From Gemmatimonas sp. (GTDB lineage: Bacteria; Gemmatimonadota; Gemmatimonadetes; Gemmatimonadales; Gemmatimonadaceae), in NCBI GenBank assembly GCA_965279375.1, contig OZ257156.1, positions 5,088,001-5,152,000 of the forward strand: DNA of 64,000 bases, written 5' to 3'. The notes under the pieces were generated by a model that saw only the letters and a program-made list of their open reading frames with translations, had not been told where the DNA came from and searched no databases. Positions 48,282 through 60,036 of this stretch are shown here, piece after piece; the stretch's first letter is position 1, and every line of letters starts with the position of its first letter. A program made the translations under genes and the position numbers.

Positions 48282-49651
48282 CTCCCCCGCACTCCGACGC
48301 GATGGTCTTCTTTGGCGGCACGGGCGACCTTGCGCGAAAGAAGATCTACCCAGCGCTGCTCGCGCTCTCGCGCCGCGGCAGACTCACGATGCCGGTCATC
48401 GTCATCGCGCGCTCCGGCTGGTCGGTGGAATTGCTGCGCGAACGAGTACAACACGAACTGGAACAGCGCGGCAAAGTGGATGCGACAGCACTCGCCAACC
48501 TGCTGGCGCGACTGGTCTATCTCGAGGGCGACTACAGCGATCCGAACACATACACGGCGCTGCGAACGACGCTCGGCGATGCCAAGCATCCGATTCACTA
48601 CTTGGCGATCCCGCCGGACATGTTCGCGACGGTCGCCGCTGGACTCGGCGCGTCGGGCTGCGCAACCAACGCGCGCATCGTCGTCGAGAAGCCGTTCGGA
48701 CGTGATTCCGCGTCGGCTCGGCGACTCAATGCAACGCTGCACGAAGTCTTCGCCGAAGAGAACATCTTTCGCATCGATCACTTCCTCGGCAAGGAAGCGG
48801 TGCAGAACCTGCTAGTTTTTCGCTTCGCCAACACGCTGTTCGAGCCGATCTGGAACAACCAGTTCATCGACAGCGTGCAGATCACTATGGCGGAATCGTT
48901 TGGTGTTGGGAGTCGCGGCAAGTTCTACGAAGAGGCCGGTGCGATTCGCGACGTGATTCAAAATCACCTGTTGGAGATCCTCGGCTTCCTCACCATCGAG
49001 GCGCCACGCACTGGCGGCACCAGCGACCTGAGCGACGAGCAGGCGCGGCTCTTCGCCAACGTGCGCACGCTCACCACCGACGATGTCGTGCGCGGACAGT
49101 GTCGCCAGTACCTCGACGAGAAGGGGGTTCCCGCGGGTTCCACCGTCGAGACGTATGCGGCGGTTCGACTCCACATCGATTCGCCGGGCTGGCAGGGCGT
49201 GCCATTTCTGATTCGCGCTGGCAAGTACCTCGCGGTGAGCGCCACCGAGGTCCTCGTCACGCTCAAGCCGCCCACGCATCACGCGCTGCACGGCGACACG
49301 CCAAACTATCTCCGATTCCGACTGGGGCCCGACGTAAAGATCACCATCGGCGCGCGTGTGAAGAAGCCGGGAGAAACGCTCGACTCGGAGCCAGTGGAGT
49401 TCGTGGTGATGCATCACCCCGACAGCAACGAGCTCGATGCGTACGAGCGACTGCTTGGTGATGCCATGGAGGGCGATCAAATGCTCTTCGCGCGCGAGGA
49501 TTTCGTGCAGGCCGCCTGGCGCATCGTCGACCCGGTACTCGGCGATGCAACGCCGGCCTTCTCCTACGAGGATGGCCAGTGGGGACCGCGCGAGGCCGAA
49601 CGTCTCGCGGTTGAGGCTGGCGGGTGGCATAACCCCGACGGGCCAACGTGA
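48278..49651 (+). CDS. zwf: Glucose-6-phosphate 1-dehydrogenase
   Basis: [44 protein letters not shown]. Confidence 0.95.
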   Translation: MTPPHSDAMVFFGGTGDLARKKIYPALLALSRRGRLTMPVIVIARSGWSVELLRERVQHELEQRGKVDATALANLLARLVYLEGDYSDPNTYTALRTTLGDAKHPIHYLAIPPDMFATVAAGLGASGCATNARIVVEKPFGRDSASARRLNATLHEVFAEENIFRIDHFLGKEAVQNLLVFRFANTLFEPIWNNQFIDSVQITMAESFGVGSRGKFYEEAGAIRDVIQNHLLEILGFLTIEAPRTGGTSDLSDEQARLFANVRTLTTDDVVRGQCRQYLDEKGVPAGSTVETYAAVRLHIDSPGWQGVPFLIRAGKYLAVSATEVLVTLKPPTHHALHGDTPNYLRFRLGPDVKITIGARVKKPGETLDSEPVEFVVMHHPDSNELDAYERLLGDAMEGDQMLFAREDFVQAAWRIVDPVLGDATPAFSYEDGQWGPREAERLAVEAGGWHNPDGPT

Positions 49652-50451
49652 GCGAGCTTCCCGTAGGTGCGCGGGCTCCGTTCACCGCGCACGAGCTTCG
49701 ACAGTTCGACGACGCCGCATCACTCGCGCTCGCGGTAGCCAACGCGGTCGTCGTACACGCAGAGCGGGCAATTGCCGACCACGGGCGTTTTGTGTTGGCG
49801 CTGTCCGGCGGTACCACACCAGCCCTGCTGTACGATCATCTGGCAAGCGCACCATTCGCGTCGCGTATCGACTGGACGCGCACGCATGTCTGTTGGGGCG
49901 ACGAGCGTTGTGTCCCGCCGAATGACGCGAGAAGCAACTATCGCATGGCGCGTGAGCGACTGCTCGACCACGTGCCGATTCCGGCGTCGCATGTCCATCG
50001 TATTCGTGGCGAGCAACCCGCTGCGGACGGTGCCCGTTCGTATGAAGCTGAGCTGCGAACGCTTTTCGAAACGTCGCATGGGCCACCCCGCACGGGTGCG
50101 CGCGAACGCTTCGATCTCGTGCTCCTCGGGCTGGGAGCAGACGGTCATACGGCGTCGCTGTTTCCCGGTGGCGATGCCCTGCTCGAGTTGGAGCGCTGGG
50201 TCGTGGCGGCCGAAGCGCCTGCTGCGTACGCCGCCGCATCGGGCGCCTGGCGCGTGACGCTCACGCTGCCGTTGATCAACGCCGCCGCGAGCGTGATGGT
50301 CCTCGCCGCAGGTGCCGACAAGTCGCACGTGCTACAACAAGTACTCACACAGCCACCTGACACCGATGCGCTGCCCGCGCAGCGCGTGTCGCCAACTGAC
50401 GGCCAAATGCTGTGGCTCGTTGACCGAGCGGCCGGAGCGCGCCTCGGCTAG
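49648..50451 (+). CDS. pgl: 6-phosphogluconolactonase
   Basis: [35 protein letters not shown]. Confidence 0.95.
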   Translation: MSELPVGARAPFTAHELRQFDDAASLALAVANAVVVHAERAIADHGRFVLALSGGTTPALLYDHLASAPFASRIDWTRTHVCWGDERCVPPNDARSNYRMARERLLDHVPIPASHVHRIRGEQPAADGARSYEAELRTLFETSHGPPRTGARERFDLVLLGLGADGHTASLFPGGDALLELERWVVAAEAPAAYAAASGAWRVTLTLPLINAAASVMVLAAGADKSHVLQQVLTQPPDTDALPAQRVSPTDGQMLWLVDRAAGARLG

Positions 50452-53400
50452 GTGCGCGTGGCGGGTTCAATCGAGACGACATGGCGCTCGCCGTCGTCTA
50501 CGAGCGGAATCACATCGTCGGAACGCAACACGCCATCGATCGTGACCCTACCCCCGGACCGTCGCACTGCGGCCGGATCGATGACCGAAATCTCGTACGT
50601 ACTCGCGCCGAATCGATACGCGATGTCATAGCGCGGCCACGCATCCGGCACGCACGGAGCTACGCGTAACGTGCTGCCGACTTTGGTGAAGCCGAGCAGT
50701 TGCTCGAGGCCCACGCGGTACATCCAGCTCGCACTGCCGGTGTACCAGGTCCATCCACCGCGCCCGAGTTGGCCAGCGGCCGTATAGACATCCGCGGCCA
50801 CGACATACGGCTCGACCCGATAGCGGGCCACACCGTCCGCCGAGTCGGTGTGCGTCAGCGGGTTGATCATCTGGAACAGTTCGAACGCGCGGTCGCCGTT
50901 CCCCTGCATGGCGGTCGCCATCACGGCCCAGAGTGCTGCATGCGTGTACTGCGCGCCGTTCTCGCGCACGCCGGGGAGATAGCCCTTGATGTATCCCGGA
51001 TCGTGCGTGCCCCGATCGAACGGCGGTGTCAGCAGCATGATGATACCGGCATCGTCGCGCACCAGCTCCGACTGCAAAGACTGCATCGCCAGCGACTGAC
51101 GTGCTGGCAGGCCGGCGCCGGAGATGACACTCCAGCTCTGCGCGATCGAGTCGATGCGACACTCGTCGCTGCTCGCCGAACCGATCGGCGTTCCGTCGTC
51201 GTAGAAGGCGCGCCGGTACCACTGACCATCCCACGCGTTGGCTTCGATGGCGACCACGTAGGCGTCGGCAAGAGCACGAAGCTGCGCCGACTCAGGGGCA
51301 TCGTGCCTGGCATCCGCGTACACAGCGAATCCGCGCAGCGTGGTGACCAGAAACCATGCCAACCACACGCTCTCGCCCGTGCCGCCGGCACCAACGAGAC
51401 TCATGCCGTCGTTCCAGTCGCCGGAACCGATGAGCGGCAGCCCATGCGTTCCTACGGTGCAGGCACGTCGCAGGGCACGCAGGCAGTGTTCGTACACACT
51501 AGCGTGCTCGTCCGATACCGTGGGCAGGTCGTACAGTTCGTGCTCGCCCGGCTTGAGTACGCGCATGTTGAGAAAGGGCACATACTCATCCAACACGGCT
51601 GCGTCGCCTGTCACCCGAACGTACTGGTCCACCACGTACGGCAACCACGCCAGATCGTCGGAGAATCGCGTGCGTACCCCACGTCCGCTGTGCGCATGCC
51701 ACCAGTGCTGCACATCGCCTTCGGGAAACTGCCGTGCGGCCGCGCGAAGCAGATGCGCACGTGCCAGACCCGGCTCGGCGTACACGAACGCCAGCACATC
51801 CTGCAGCTGATCGCGAAATCCATAGGCGCCACCGCTTTGATACAGCCCCATGCGCGCCCACATGCGCGATGACAAGGCCTGATACAGCGTCCACTTGTTG
51901 AGCATCGTGTCGAACGCGGGGTCGGGCGTGGCAACGCTGATCACGCTCAATCGTGCATTCCACTCCGCCGCCGAGTGCTCCACGGTCGCCTGCGCGGACG
52001 CGACCGGCTTCAACCGCGCGATGAGCCGCTGTGCATCGGCCTCCGTGCGCGCGGCACCCAGCAGAATGCTCATCTCCCGATGTTCACCGGGCGCCAGCAG
52101 AACGCGCCACTGAAGTGCGCCGCACGGATCGAGCCCCACCCCGGATCGCCCGTCCAGCGCGTCGAGGCCGAGCGCACGTGGATCACCAAGGTGTCCATCG
52201 CGTCCAATGAACGAGAGTCGGTCGCAAGAATAGGAAACAACGGGCTCACTCGTGGCCAAAAACGACGCCCACGCAGTGAAACGTTCATCGAAGTGATTCT
52301 GCGCAATGACGGCCTGTGAGTCGTCTGCATAGCGCGTGTACACCTGATGCTGCGTGTCTTCTCGCCGCGCGCCGAGCGCCCATTCCGCGTACGCCGTCAC
52401 GGTGATCTGTCGCGGACGATCGGTGGTGTTGGTCAGCGTCAGCAGCGACACCTTGACGGCCGCATCGCTGGGCATCGCCATCTCCAGCTTGGAGACGATC
52501 CCGTCGTGCACGTGCTCGAATGTCGAGCGACCCGCACCATGACGCACGCGGTACTGACCGGCGGTCGGAACGGGCGCAGGCGTGGCGCTCCAGAGCACAT
52601 CCGACTCATCGTCGCGCAGATACAACACATCGGTACACGGATCGGAGACAGGATCGTTGTGCCATGGAGTCACGCGATAGAAGTATGCGTTCTCGGCCCA
52701 CATGCAGCCAGCGCCGCGTTCTGACACCAGAAAGCCGCCATGTGGATTGGCGATGACGTTCGCCCACGGTGCTGGCGGCAGACGCGTGGCGTCGATGGTC
52801 ATCACGTAGTCGTTACTCCCGTCCACTCCACCGATGCCGTTGCCGAATCGCAGCGTGCTCTCGTCCACACTCAACGCGGTCGGGGAATCGTGCGCGCGCA
52901 AGCGCCCGCTGCGCGGAATGAGTGGCAGCACCAACGGGCGCAATACGGACACCAGCGACGCGAGCGCACTGCGCTCGCCGGGCAGCGCCGGGATCGGGAG
53001 ACCGCGCACACGCCGCAGCGCGATGTGATCGCCGACGTCTCGTTGCGCCAGCTGCGCACTGTCGGCGGCGGCGAGCACCCGTCCGACGGTCCGGCCGTCG
53101 CACGCGATCTCGACACGCGCAGTCGCCGAGAGCATGAGGTAGTCGTCCGCTGTGAAGGCCTCGCGCCGGCGGATGTGCACGCCACCCGGGAGATCCACGT
53201 GTGTCGCGTCATCCGCCGCGATCATCGACTCGACGATCGCATCCCGCAGCTCCTGGAGGTAGTCGTAGGAGTGCGTGTTCACGATCACGAGATCGACGGC
53301 CAAGCCGCGACGGCGCCAGAAGCGGTGCGCCGCGAAGAGATCGCGCAGTGTCTGCAGTCCATCAAGCGAGTCGATGACTGCCAAGACGATTGGCAGATCG

Positions 53401-56400
53401 CCCGAAATGCCGTACGACCACAGTCGAGGCTGCGCCCCGCGATTGCGCGAGCGTTCATCCCGCGGCGGCGCCAACGATCCATTGCCGAAGAGCACCTGCC
53501 CCGCCAAGTCCTGAAACACGGCCGCGTTCGTCGCCGACACGCCGAGCTCGGCGAGCTCGATTTGCGTGGACGTCCACGCAATCTCGAACGCGCGCTGCGC
53601 CGCGTGCGAATCATGGTAGCGACCGGCGAGTTCAAAGGCTGACTCGCGGCTGGCCGCCACGAGCGTGGTGAAGGCGACACTCACGGTCTGGCCGGGTGTA
53701 ACCCGCACGCACGTGCGCAACGACACGATGGGATCGAGCACGGCACCGGTGAAGCCGGACAGATCCCCGTCGGTGCGCAGCGCCTGCGGATCACGCACGT
53801 CGTGGCCACGGCCCAGAAAGCGCCCTCTATCCGTCTCGCATGAGGTTGCACCGACGCGATCACGTCCCGCATCGACCACGTGCACGCACCACAGGCGTGG
53901 CTCCTCCGGGGTACGCGGGCGTCGTGTAGCGGTCACGGCGGTGCACCACGCATGCCACTCGGTCTCGACGAAGAGGTTCGAGAACGCAGGATGCGCGCGG
54001 TCCGCGTCGGGAGAGGTGAGCACGACCTCGCCGTAGCTGGTCAGCTCGATGTCGTGCGATTCGCTGCCGGTGTTCGTGAGTGTGATGCGCCGGACTTCAG
54101 CGCCGTCGGCCGGCACGACGGTGAGCTCGGTGCGCGTCTCGATGTCACCATCGACGCGATGCCACAACACACGGTCCGTGGTCAGCTGCACGCGCATCCA
54201 GTCAGGCGTGGCGCGCACAGGTTGCTGCGCACTCGACCAGACCTTGCCGGTCGTGCGATCACGCAGGTAGCAGAACTGCCCGGTGTTGTCCGCGGTGCTG
54301 TCCGCACGCCAGCGCGTGACGGCCAAGGCTCCGTAGCGACTGTATCCGCTGCCGGTGTGGTTGACCATCACGGCGTAGCTCGTGGAACCGAGCAGTGCCA
54401 CGCGTGGTGTCGGCGATTGCAGCGGGTCGATCTCTCGCACCTTCGGATGCTCACGCTGCGCTTCGGATATCGAGTCTTCCGGACGCGCGCCTTGCGCTCG
54501 CTGCATGGTCAGACGTCGCGGTACGCGCTCGAAGAGCAGCAGCTCCGCCGACTTCACCAGTGCATCGCTGTGGAAGCGCTCCTGCCAGACGTCATCCAGC
54601 ACCACGTTCGTGAGGGAGACGAGCGTCATGCCGATGTGATGCGCCATGTATGTACGCACCAGGGCGAGACGGTCGCCCGGCACCGGCCGCGTGTAGTCGA
54701 GCGCATCGCAGAAGCCGTACTCATCCAGCGCACCCATCGACTCGAGCGTGCGCAGGTTGTCGAGCCCTCGCGTGGGGTCGATCATCGTGGCGAGCGCGGT
54801 TGCATATGGGGCGATGACGAGATCGCGACCGAGCCCGCGCTTGAGCGCGAGATCGGGAATGCCGAACGCGCGATACTGATACGTCTGATGGCGATCGCGA
54901 ACGTTGTAGGCACACTCGCTCACACCCCATGGCACATTCTTGCCGCGCGCGTACGCACGGTGTCGTCGCACGGCCGACTGGTACGTCTGATCGAGCAGCG
55001 TGTAGGGGAGCGAGCGCATGACCAGCACCGGCATCAGGTACTCGAACATGCTGCCACTCCAGGACACGAGCGCCGTCGAGCCTGCGGCCACGTTGAGCGC
55101 GCGCGACAGCCGGAACCAATGCTCCACGGGAACGTCGTTCTTCGCGATGGCGACAAAGCTCGCCAGGCGCGCCTCGGAGGCCAGCAGATCGTAGCACGAC
55201 GCATCCGGTGCGAACGTATCCGGCTGATACCCGATCGTGAACAGCTTCGCTTCGGCATTGTACAGGAAGACGAAATCCATCTCGCTGACGATGCGATACG
55301 ACTGGTCGGCGAGCGCGTGCAGACGCGGCGCCAGCGTCGGCTCCGCGTCGGCGAATCGCAAGCACGCTTGCCGCAGCGCGATGAGATGCCCGGCGATGTT
55401 GCCACTGTCGACGGTGCTGATGTAGCGTGGCTCGAGCACGCGCAAATCGTGCAGGTCGTACCAGTTGAAGAAGTGTCCGCGAAAGGTCTGGAGCTGCTGC
55501 ATGGTCGCAAAAGCGCGCTCCAGGCGCTCGACCATCTCGGCCAGCGGAATCAATCCCAGATCATGCGCGCTGGTGGTCGCGAGTAGCTGCAGCCCGATGT
55601 TCGTCGGCGACGTGCGCATGGCGACAATCGGGTCTGGTGTCGCCTGGAAGTTGTCTGGCGCCAACCAGTGTGTCTCTTCGCTGACAAAGCGCTCGAAGAA
55701 CTTCCAGTGCACGGCTGCGTAGCGCCGCGCTTGCGCGCGTGCACTTTCAGACAGCAGTTGCCGTGGTGCGGGTGCGGGCTTGCTGAGCCAGTCGGCGATG
55801 CTCGGTGCGGCAACCCACAGCAGCGTGGTGGCCCACAAGGCGATCGCCGACGGCACGAGTTCACTCAGCGGCGCGTGCAGCGACAGCTGGTGCCGCACCG
55901 CGAAGGCCGAAATGCCCGTCGCCAGCAACACGACCGCCGCCACCGTCCAACGCATGGCGCGCCAACTCTGCGCGCCCACCGCGGAGACCCGCTTCTCAAC
56001 AAGCGACGCCGACCGCCACTCGAGCAAGTGCTTGCGCGATACGGCCAGTCGGTAGAGCGTGCGGCCGATCGCATCGGCAGAAATCCACGCCTGATGCGGC
56101 AGGAATGTCAGCGCCGCACCGAACTGTTTCGCGCTGACGATCGCGTCTTGTCCGACGGCGGCGTAGTACGCTCGCCACGACTTGTCCAAGGGCGGCCGAA
56201 TCACGGCCAGCAGCAGCGACGTCACCCACGGCGCCACGATGGCGCCGAAACCCAATAGCGTCCACCGCACCGCCGATCCGGGAAGCAGCGTCCATCCCGC
56301 GACGAGCAGCATGAGCTGCGAGATCTCTACCGTGCTGCGGCGCAGATTGTCGAGAATCTTCCACTGCGAGAGCAACGACAGCCGATTCCGCTCAGGACCA

Positions 56401-58796
56401 TCCGGGCCCGGCACGTGGCGCCGCAGCCACGGCAACAGCTGCCAGTCACCGCGTATCCAGCGATGCTTGCGCTGCGTGCTGGCGACGTAGCTCGACGGAT
56501 AGTCGTCGTACACGATCACATCGGTCGCGAGACCAGCGCGCGCATAGTTGCCCTCGATGAGATCGTGCGAGAGCAGCGCGTTCTCGGGGAATCGGCCGTG
56601 CGTAGCCAGCTGAAAGGCATCCACGTCATAGATGCCTTTACCGGTGTAGCTGCCTTCACCGTACAGGTCCTGATACACGTCCGACACCGCGGTGGAGTAC
56701 GGATCAACCCCGGGGTAGCCAGACGCGATGGACGCGAAGCGGGAGTGATGCGCGCTGGGCAGTGACACACCAACGCGCGGCTGCAGAATGCCGTAGCCAC
56801 GTACGATCCGGCGAACCGACGGGTCGTACACGGCGCGATTGAGTGGATGCGCCAGCGCTCCCACGAGCGCGGGCGCGGCGTCCGGCGGAAGCACGGTATC
56901 GGAGTCGAGCGTGATGACGTACTTCACGCTCTGCAGCGGCCCGATGTCTCCGGAGATGGTGGAGAACGCCATCGTGGAGCCACCGCGCAGGAGGCTGTTG
57001 AACTCCGCCAGCTTGCCGCGCTTGCGCTCCCATCCCATCCACACGCCTTCGCGCGCATTCCAACGGCGTGGCCGATGCAGCAGATGAAAGGCGTCAGGCT
57101 CATGCGCCGAGTGTCGCTCGTTGAGCGCGCGCACACCGGCGACGGCCGCCGCAACCAAGTCCTCGTCGCCGGGCATGTTCTCTGCGGGCGCGTCGAGGAA
57201 GTCGCTGAGCACCGCGAAGTGCAGATGCGTTTCTCGGTTTGCCAGAAACTGCACTTCCAGATTGGCCAGCGCTTCCTGCACATCGTCCACGGTGCCAAAG
57301 AGCGTCGGCATCACCACGGCCGTCCGATATTCTGCCGGCACTCCGTGTTCGTGCAGATCCAACCGCGGCAGCAGGTCCGGCGCAAGCACCGTCGTGACCA
57401 ACTGATTCAGCGTATTGGCCGCCACGTCGAGTGCAGGCAACAGCGTGAAGAGCAGGACCAGCCAGAGCGAGCGCTCTGGATGCGACTCGAGCAACAGGGC
57501 CAGCGCCAGCAGTGCGATACCGGTACAGAGCAGCAACCCGCCGAGGAATACCATGTTGGGCGAGCCACGCACGGCACGGCCGACGCGTTCGCCGATGTGC
57601 GGGATGTAGCCCATCGCCTGTTCGGTCTCGAGGGCGCCGTCATCGATGAGGTAGTATCCCACATGACAGCGATGCGGTGACGCACTCGACTCCGGTACAC
57701 GCATCTCCTGCTGCGCGCGCGCGATGACCCACTGTGCCACAGCCACTTCGCGGCGGCCGGTACGCTTGGCGATCCGCTCGACCACGTGGCGGTAACGATC
57801 GCGCGTCGCAAAGGTCATCTGCGAATAGAACCCCGACGGATCGGTGCGCAGCACGGCTTCCATCGCGCTCTGCTGCTCCACGAACATGCGCCAATCGCAG
57901 CGCCCCACCTCGCGCAGGCTCATGATGCTGTTGGCCATCATGATCTGCGTCAGCGCCAGCCGTTGCGTGGAATGCGCGGCCGACTCCTCCGGGCTGACGC
58001 CCGCATCACGCAGCCAGTGCTCCAGCCACGCCAGCGCCGGTGACGCGCCTTCGGCACGCCGCAACGACTGCAGAAATCGGGAAACGAAGTGCGGCGTCAG
58101 CGCATGCTCCGCATCCGCAAACTCGCGCAGTCCAGCACGCAGCTGCGCGCCACCGCGCGCACTCGCCGCGACGACGCGTTCCGCCCAGTGATCGGCCAGC
58201 TCTGTCTCGTCGAGTCGCTGGATCGTGCGCAGCGCCATGCGTCGCACACTTTCGATCAGGCCGAGCCGCAGCATCGCCGGCATTGCCCACAACTCGCCGA
58301 TGGAGAGCGGCGTGACGCTCTGGAATGCCTCGACGTACGGATTGACGTTGTCGAGATCGATGCGCGCTTCGGTGTGCGAGATCAGCGAAATCGCGATCTC
58401 GTACACGCGCGGATAGCCGGCCAACGGGCCATGGCTCAGCTCGGGCAGCTCACGATAGAAGCCACCCGGTAGACTCGACCGGACCTCGAGCAAGTGCTCC
58501 TGCACGACGTGGTAGTTGTCGAGCAGCCATTCGGCAGCGGGTCCCGCATCGGCGATATCGATCGAGATCGTGAGCAGGCGGCCGTACGCCTCAGCCAGAA
58601 TGCCCCGCGTATCGGCCAGGCGCGCGAGCAAGCGAGCTGGACGTAGCGGAATCGTCCCGGACGCAAGGCGCTGGCTGCGCGCAACGGCGCGTGCGCGCGC
58701 AGCCAGATGCTCCAATCCAAGCAATTCGCCCCGAATGGGACCGACGAGCATCTCGTCGGTGGCCTGCGCGCGCAGCCGTGCGGCTCCGGTATTCAT
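50448..58796 (-). CDS. ndvB: Cyclic beta-1,2-glucan synthase (GT84 plus GH94 phosphorylase domains)
   Basis: EWLLDN, GWERKRGKL, ITLDSD, LLSHDL.EG, HRWIRGDWQL, RTSPTNIG, SWSGSMFEYLMP, QSGGAYGFRDQLQD, GDWNDG, GRGGWTWYTGSA. 2782 aa. Confidence 0.93.
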   Translation of the reverse strand: MNTGAARLRAQATDEMLVGPIRGELLGLEHLAARARAVARSQRLASGTIPLRPARLLARLADTRGILAEAYGRLLTISIDIADAGPAAEWLLDNYHVVQEHLLEVRSSLPGGFYRELPELSHGPLAGYPRVYEIAISLISHTEARIDLDNVNPYVEAFQSVTPLSIGELWAMPAMLRLGLIESVRRMALRTIQRLDETELADHWAERVVAASARGGAQLRAGLREFADAEHALTPHFVSRFLQSLRRAEGASPALAWLEHWLRDAGVSPEESAAHSTQRLALTQIMMANSIMSLREVGRCDWRMFVEQQSAMEAVLRTDPSGFYSQMTFATRDRYRHVVERIAKRTGRREVAVAQWVIARAQQEMRVPESSASPHRCHVGYYLIDDGALETEQAMGYIPHIGERVGRAVRGSPNMVFLGGLLLCTGIALLALALLLESHPERSLWLVLLFTLLPALDVAANTLNQLVTTVLAPDLLPRLDLHEHGVPAEYRTAVVMPTLFGTVDDVQEALANLEVQFLANRETHLHFAVLSDFLDAPAENMPGDEDLVAAAVAGVRALNERHSAHEPDAFHLLHRPRRWNAREGVWMGWERKRGKLAEFNSLLRGGSTMAFSTISGDIGPLQSVKYVITLDSDTVLPPDAAPALVGALAHPLNRAVYDPSVRRIVRGYGILQPRVGVSLPSAHHSRFASIASGYPGVDPYSTAVSDVYQDLYGEGSYTGKGIYDVDAFQLATHGRFPENALLSHDLIEGNYARAGLATDVIVYDDYPSSYVASTQRKHRWIRGDWQLLPWLRRHVPGPDGPERNRLSLLSQWKILDNLRRSTVEISQLMLLVAGWTLLPGSAVRWTLLGFGAIVAPWVTSLLLAVIRPPLDKSWRAYYAAVGQDAIVSAKQFGAALTFLPHQAWISADAIGRTLYRLAVSRKHLLEWRSASLVEKRVSAVGAQSWRAMRWTVAAVVLLATGISAFAVRHQLSLHAPLSELVPSAIALWATTLLWVAAPSIADWLSKPAPAPRQLLSESARAQARRYAAVHWKFFERFVSEETHWLAPDNFQATPDPIVAMRTSPTNIGLQLLATTSAHDLGLIPLAEMVERLERAFATMQQLQTFRGHFFNWYDLHDLRVLEPRYISTVDSGNIAGHLIALRQACLRFADAEPTLAPRLHALADQSYRIVSEMDFVFLYNAEAKLFTIGYQPDTFAPDASCYDLLASEARLASFVAIAKNDVPVEHWFRLSRALNVAAGSTALVSWSGSMFEYLMPVLVMRSLPYTLLDQTYQSAVRRHRAYARGKNVPWGVSECAYNVRDRHQTYQYRAFGIPDLALKRGLGRDLVIAPYATALATMIDPTRGLDNLRTLESMGALDEYGFCDALDYTRPVPGDRLALVRTYMAHHIGMTLVSLTNVVLDDVWQERFHSDALVKSAELLLFERVPRRLTMQRAQGARPEDSISEAQREHPKVREIDPLQSPTPRVALLGSTSYAVMVNHTGSGYSRYGALAVTRWRADSTADNTGQFCYLRDRTTGKVWSSAQQPVRATPDWMRVQLTTDRVLWHRVDGDIETRTELTVVPADGAEVRRITLTNTGSESHDIELTSYGEVVLTSPDADRAHPAFSNLFVETEWHAWCTAVTATRRPRTPEEPRLWCVHVVDAGRDRVGATSCETDRGRFLGRGHDVRDPQALRTDGDLSGFTGAVLDPIVSLRTCVRVTPGQTVSVAFTTLVAASRESAFELAGRYHDSHAAQRAFEIAWTSTQIELAELGVSATNAAVFQDLAGQVLFGNGSLAPPRDERSRNRGAQPRLWSYGISGDLPIVLAVIDSLDGLQTLRDLFAAHRFWRRRGLAVDLVIVNTHSYDYLQELRDAIVESMIAADDATHVDLPGGVHIRRREAFTADDYLMLSATARVEIACDGRTVGRVLAAADSAQLAQRDVGDHIALRRVRGLPIPALPGERSALASLVSVLRPLVLPLIPRSGRLRAHDSPTALSVDESTLRFGNGIGGVDGSNDYVMTIDATRLPPAPWANVIANPHGGFLVSERGAGCMWAENAYFYRVTPWHNDPVSDPCTDVLYLRDDESDVLWSATPAPVPTAGQYRVRHGAGRSTFEHVHDGIVSKLEMAMPSDAAVKVSLLTLTNTTDRPRQITVTAYAEWALGARREDTQHQVYTRYADDSQAVIAQNHFDERFTAWASFLATSEPVVSYSCDRLSFIGRDGHLGDPRALGLDALDGRSGVGLDPCGALQWRVLLAPGEHREMSILLGAARTEADAQRLIARLKPVASAQATVEHSAAEWNARLSVISVATPDPAFDTMLNKWTLYQALSSRMWARMGLYQSGGAYGFRDQLQDVLAFVYAEPGLARAHLLRAAARQFPEGDVQHWWHAHSGRGVRTRFSDDLAWLPYVVDQYVRVTGDAAVLDEYVPFLNMRVLKPGEHELYDLPTVSDEHASVYEHCLRALRRACTVGTHGLPLIGSGDWNDGMSLVGAGGTGESVWLAWFLVTTLRGFAVYADARHDAPESAQLRALADAYVVAIEANAWDGQWYRRAFYDDGTPIGSASSDECRIDSIAQSWSVISGAGLPARQSLAMQSLQSELVRDDAGIIMLLTPPFDRGTHDPGYIKGYLPGVRENGAQYTHAALWAVMATAMQGNGDRAFELFQMINPLTHTDSADGVARYRVEPYVVAADVYTAAGQLGRGGWTWYTGSASWMYRVGLEQLLGFTKVGSTLRVAPCVPDAWPRYDIAYRFGASTYEISVIDPAAVRRSGGRVTIDGVLRSDDVIPLVDDGERHVVSIEPATRT

Positions 58797-58912
58797 GAGC
58801 CGCCCGAGCCGTCGGCGAGTACGCTACACAGGGCGCCCCGCCGCTCTGTGGCTGCGCTCGCTGTCCTGCCTCGACGCCAGAGGCGTCGCATCGTCTGGTC
58901 CTGCCATCCGAT

Positions 58913-59062
58913 TCACAGGACCTTTCGGCCCTGAATCACCTGCACCAGGACGACAACGACCGCGACGACGAGCAGGATGTGAATGAAGCCACCCATCGTA
59001 TACGCACTGACCATTCCCAGGAGCCAGAGCACGATGAGGATGATGGCGAGAGTCATGAGCAT
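58913..59062 (-). CDS. lmo0937-family small membrane protein
   Basis: MLMTLAIILIVLWLLGMVSAYTMGGFIHILLVVAVVVVLVQVIQGRK, with a GAGG RBS. Confidence 0.85.
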   Translation of the reverse strand: MLMTLAIILIVLWLLGMVSAYTMGGFIHILLVVAVVVVLVQVIQGRKVL

Positions 59063-59167
59063 GGTATCACCTCGAAAGAGAGAGCAAACAACTGCGGCTC
59101 CACTCTCTGCTATCAAGTTCCGTACCGCGGCGCTCGCAGTGACGTACGACCACTCGCCACAAACACA

Positions 59168-59200
59168 ACGGGCCATCCACCGCGTCGGTGAATGGCCCGT
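59168..59200 (-). terminator. Probable intrinsic terminator after the SusC/SusD/DUF4397 operon
   Basis: Hairpin ACGGGCCATTCACCG / CGGTGGATGGCCCGT on the minus strand, followed by TGTGTTT. Confidence 0.6.
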
Positions 59201-59220
59201 GTGCCCGACAACCGCAGCGG

Positions 59221-60036
59221 CTACTGGTCGCTGAGCACAAAAGCGCGCAGCGGTGCGCCACCAACGTTGTTGTCTGCCGCGACGATGGTGCGTCCCGTCC
59301 CCGCCGTAATGGCGAGGCTGGCGACGTTGATCACCACGGCACCGGCGCGCGCCGCAGCCGCTGTACCAGCCGGTACCACGCGCACCTGATAGGTCCCCGC
59401 CGCCAGCGACAGGTAGGCCGACGCCGTCTGATACGCGACGTTCGCCAGTGTCGGCGTTGCGGTGGCGAGGTCCGCGCCGACCGCCGTGACGAAGATGTCC
59501 ACGGCGCCGGCGGTCGGACTGAGATGCACCACGCGCACACGCGCCTGTCCCGAGGCAGGAAGCGCGTTGTCATCGACGGTCTGATATCCCGTCACGGCGC
59601 TGCCCGCGGCACCGCCAATCGCGTACACGGTACGGTCCTGGCTCTCGGTCACCGTGAAGTTGATCGTGGCCACGGTCGTGTTGGTGTCCGCCGTGCGCTT
59701 GAGCACCAGCGACCGCGATCCCGACAACACCGCGGCGTACAACGCGGTATTGGGTGCCGCGAGCGTGGCCGGCGTGCTCTGCGTGTACGTCAGATTCACG
59801 CCGAACGGCAGCTTCTCCAGAATGGCGTTGACGCGTCCGCGTGTGGTATCGGTGATCACGTTGACGAATCGCACGCGCCCCTGAGCACCCGACGGCTGCA
59901 GCGGGCCAGTGGCATCCTTGGTTCCGCAGGCCGTGCTGATCACGGCGAGCGCTGCGAACAGCGCCACATTGAAGCGACGGGCCACGCGCACGCTCTCTGA
60001 GTTGATGGAGTTCATATGCATGATGGGCGCCCTCAC
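59221..60036 (-). CDS. DUF4397-domain lipoprotein
   Basis: ISTAC lipobox, RVRFVN, RVRVVHLSPTAGAVDIFV, YLSLAAGTY. Confidence 0.85.
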   Translation of the reverse strand: MRAPIMHMNSINSESVRVARRFNVALFAALAVISTACGTKDATGPLQPSGAQGRVRFVNVITDTTRGRVNAILEKLPFGVNLTYTQSTPATLAAPNTALYAAVLSGSRSLVLKRTADTNTTVATINFTVTESQDRTVYAIGGAAGSAVTGYQTVDDNALPASGQARVRVVHLSPTAGAVDIFVTAVGADLATATPTLANVAYQTASAYLSLAAGTYQVRVVPAGTAAAARAGAVVINVASLAITAGTGRTIVAADNNVGGAPLRAFVLSDQ

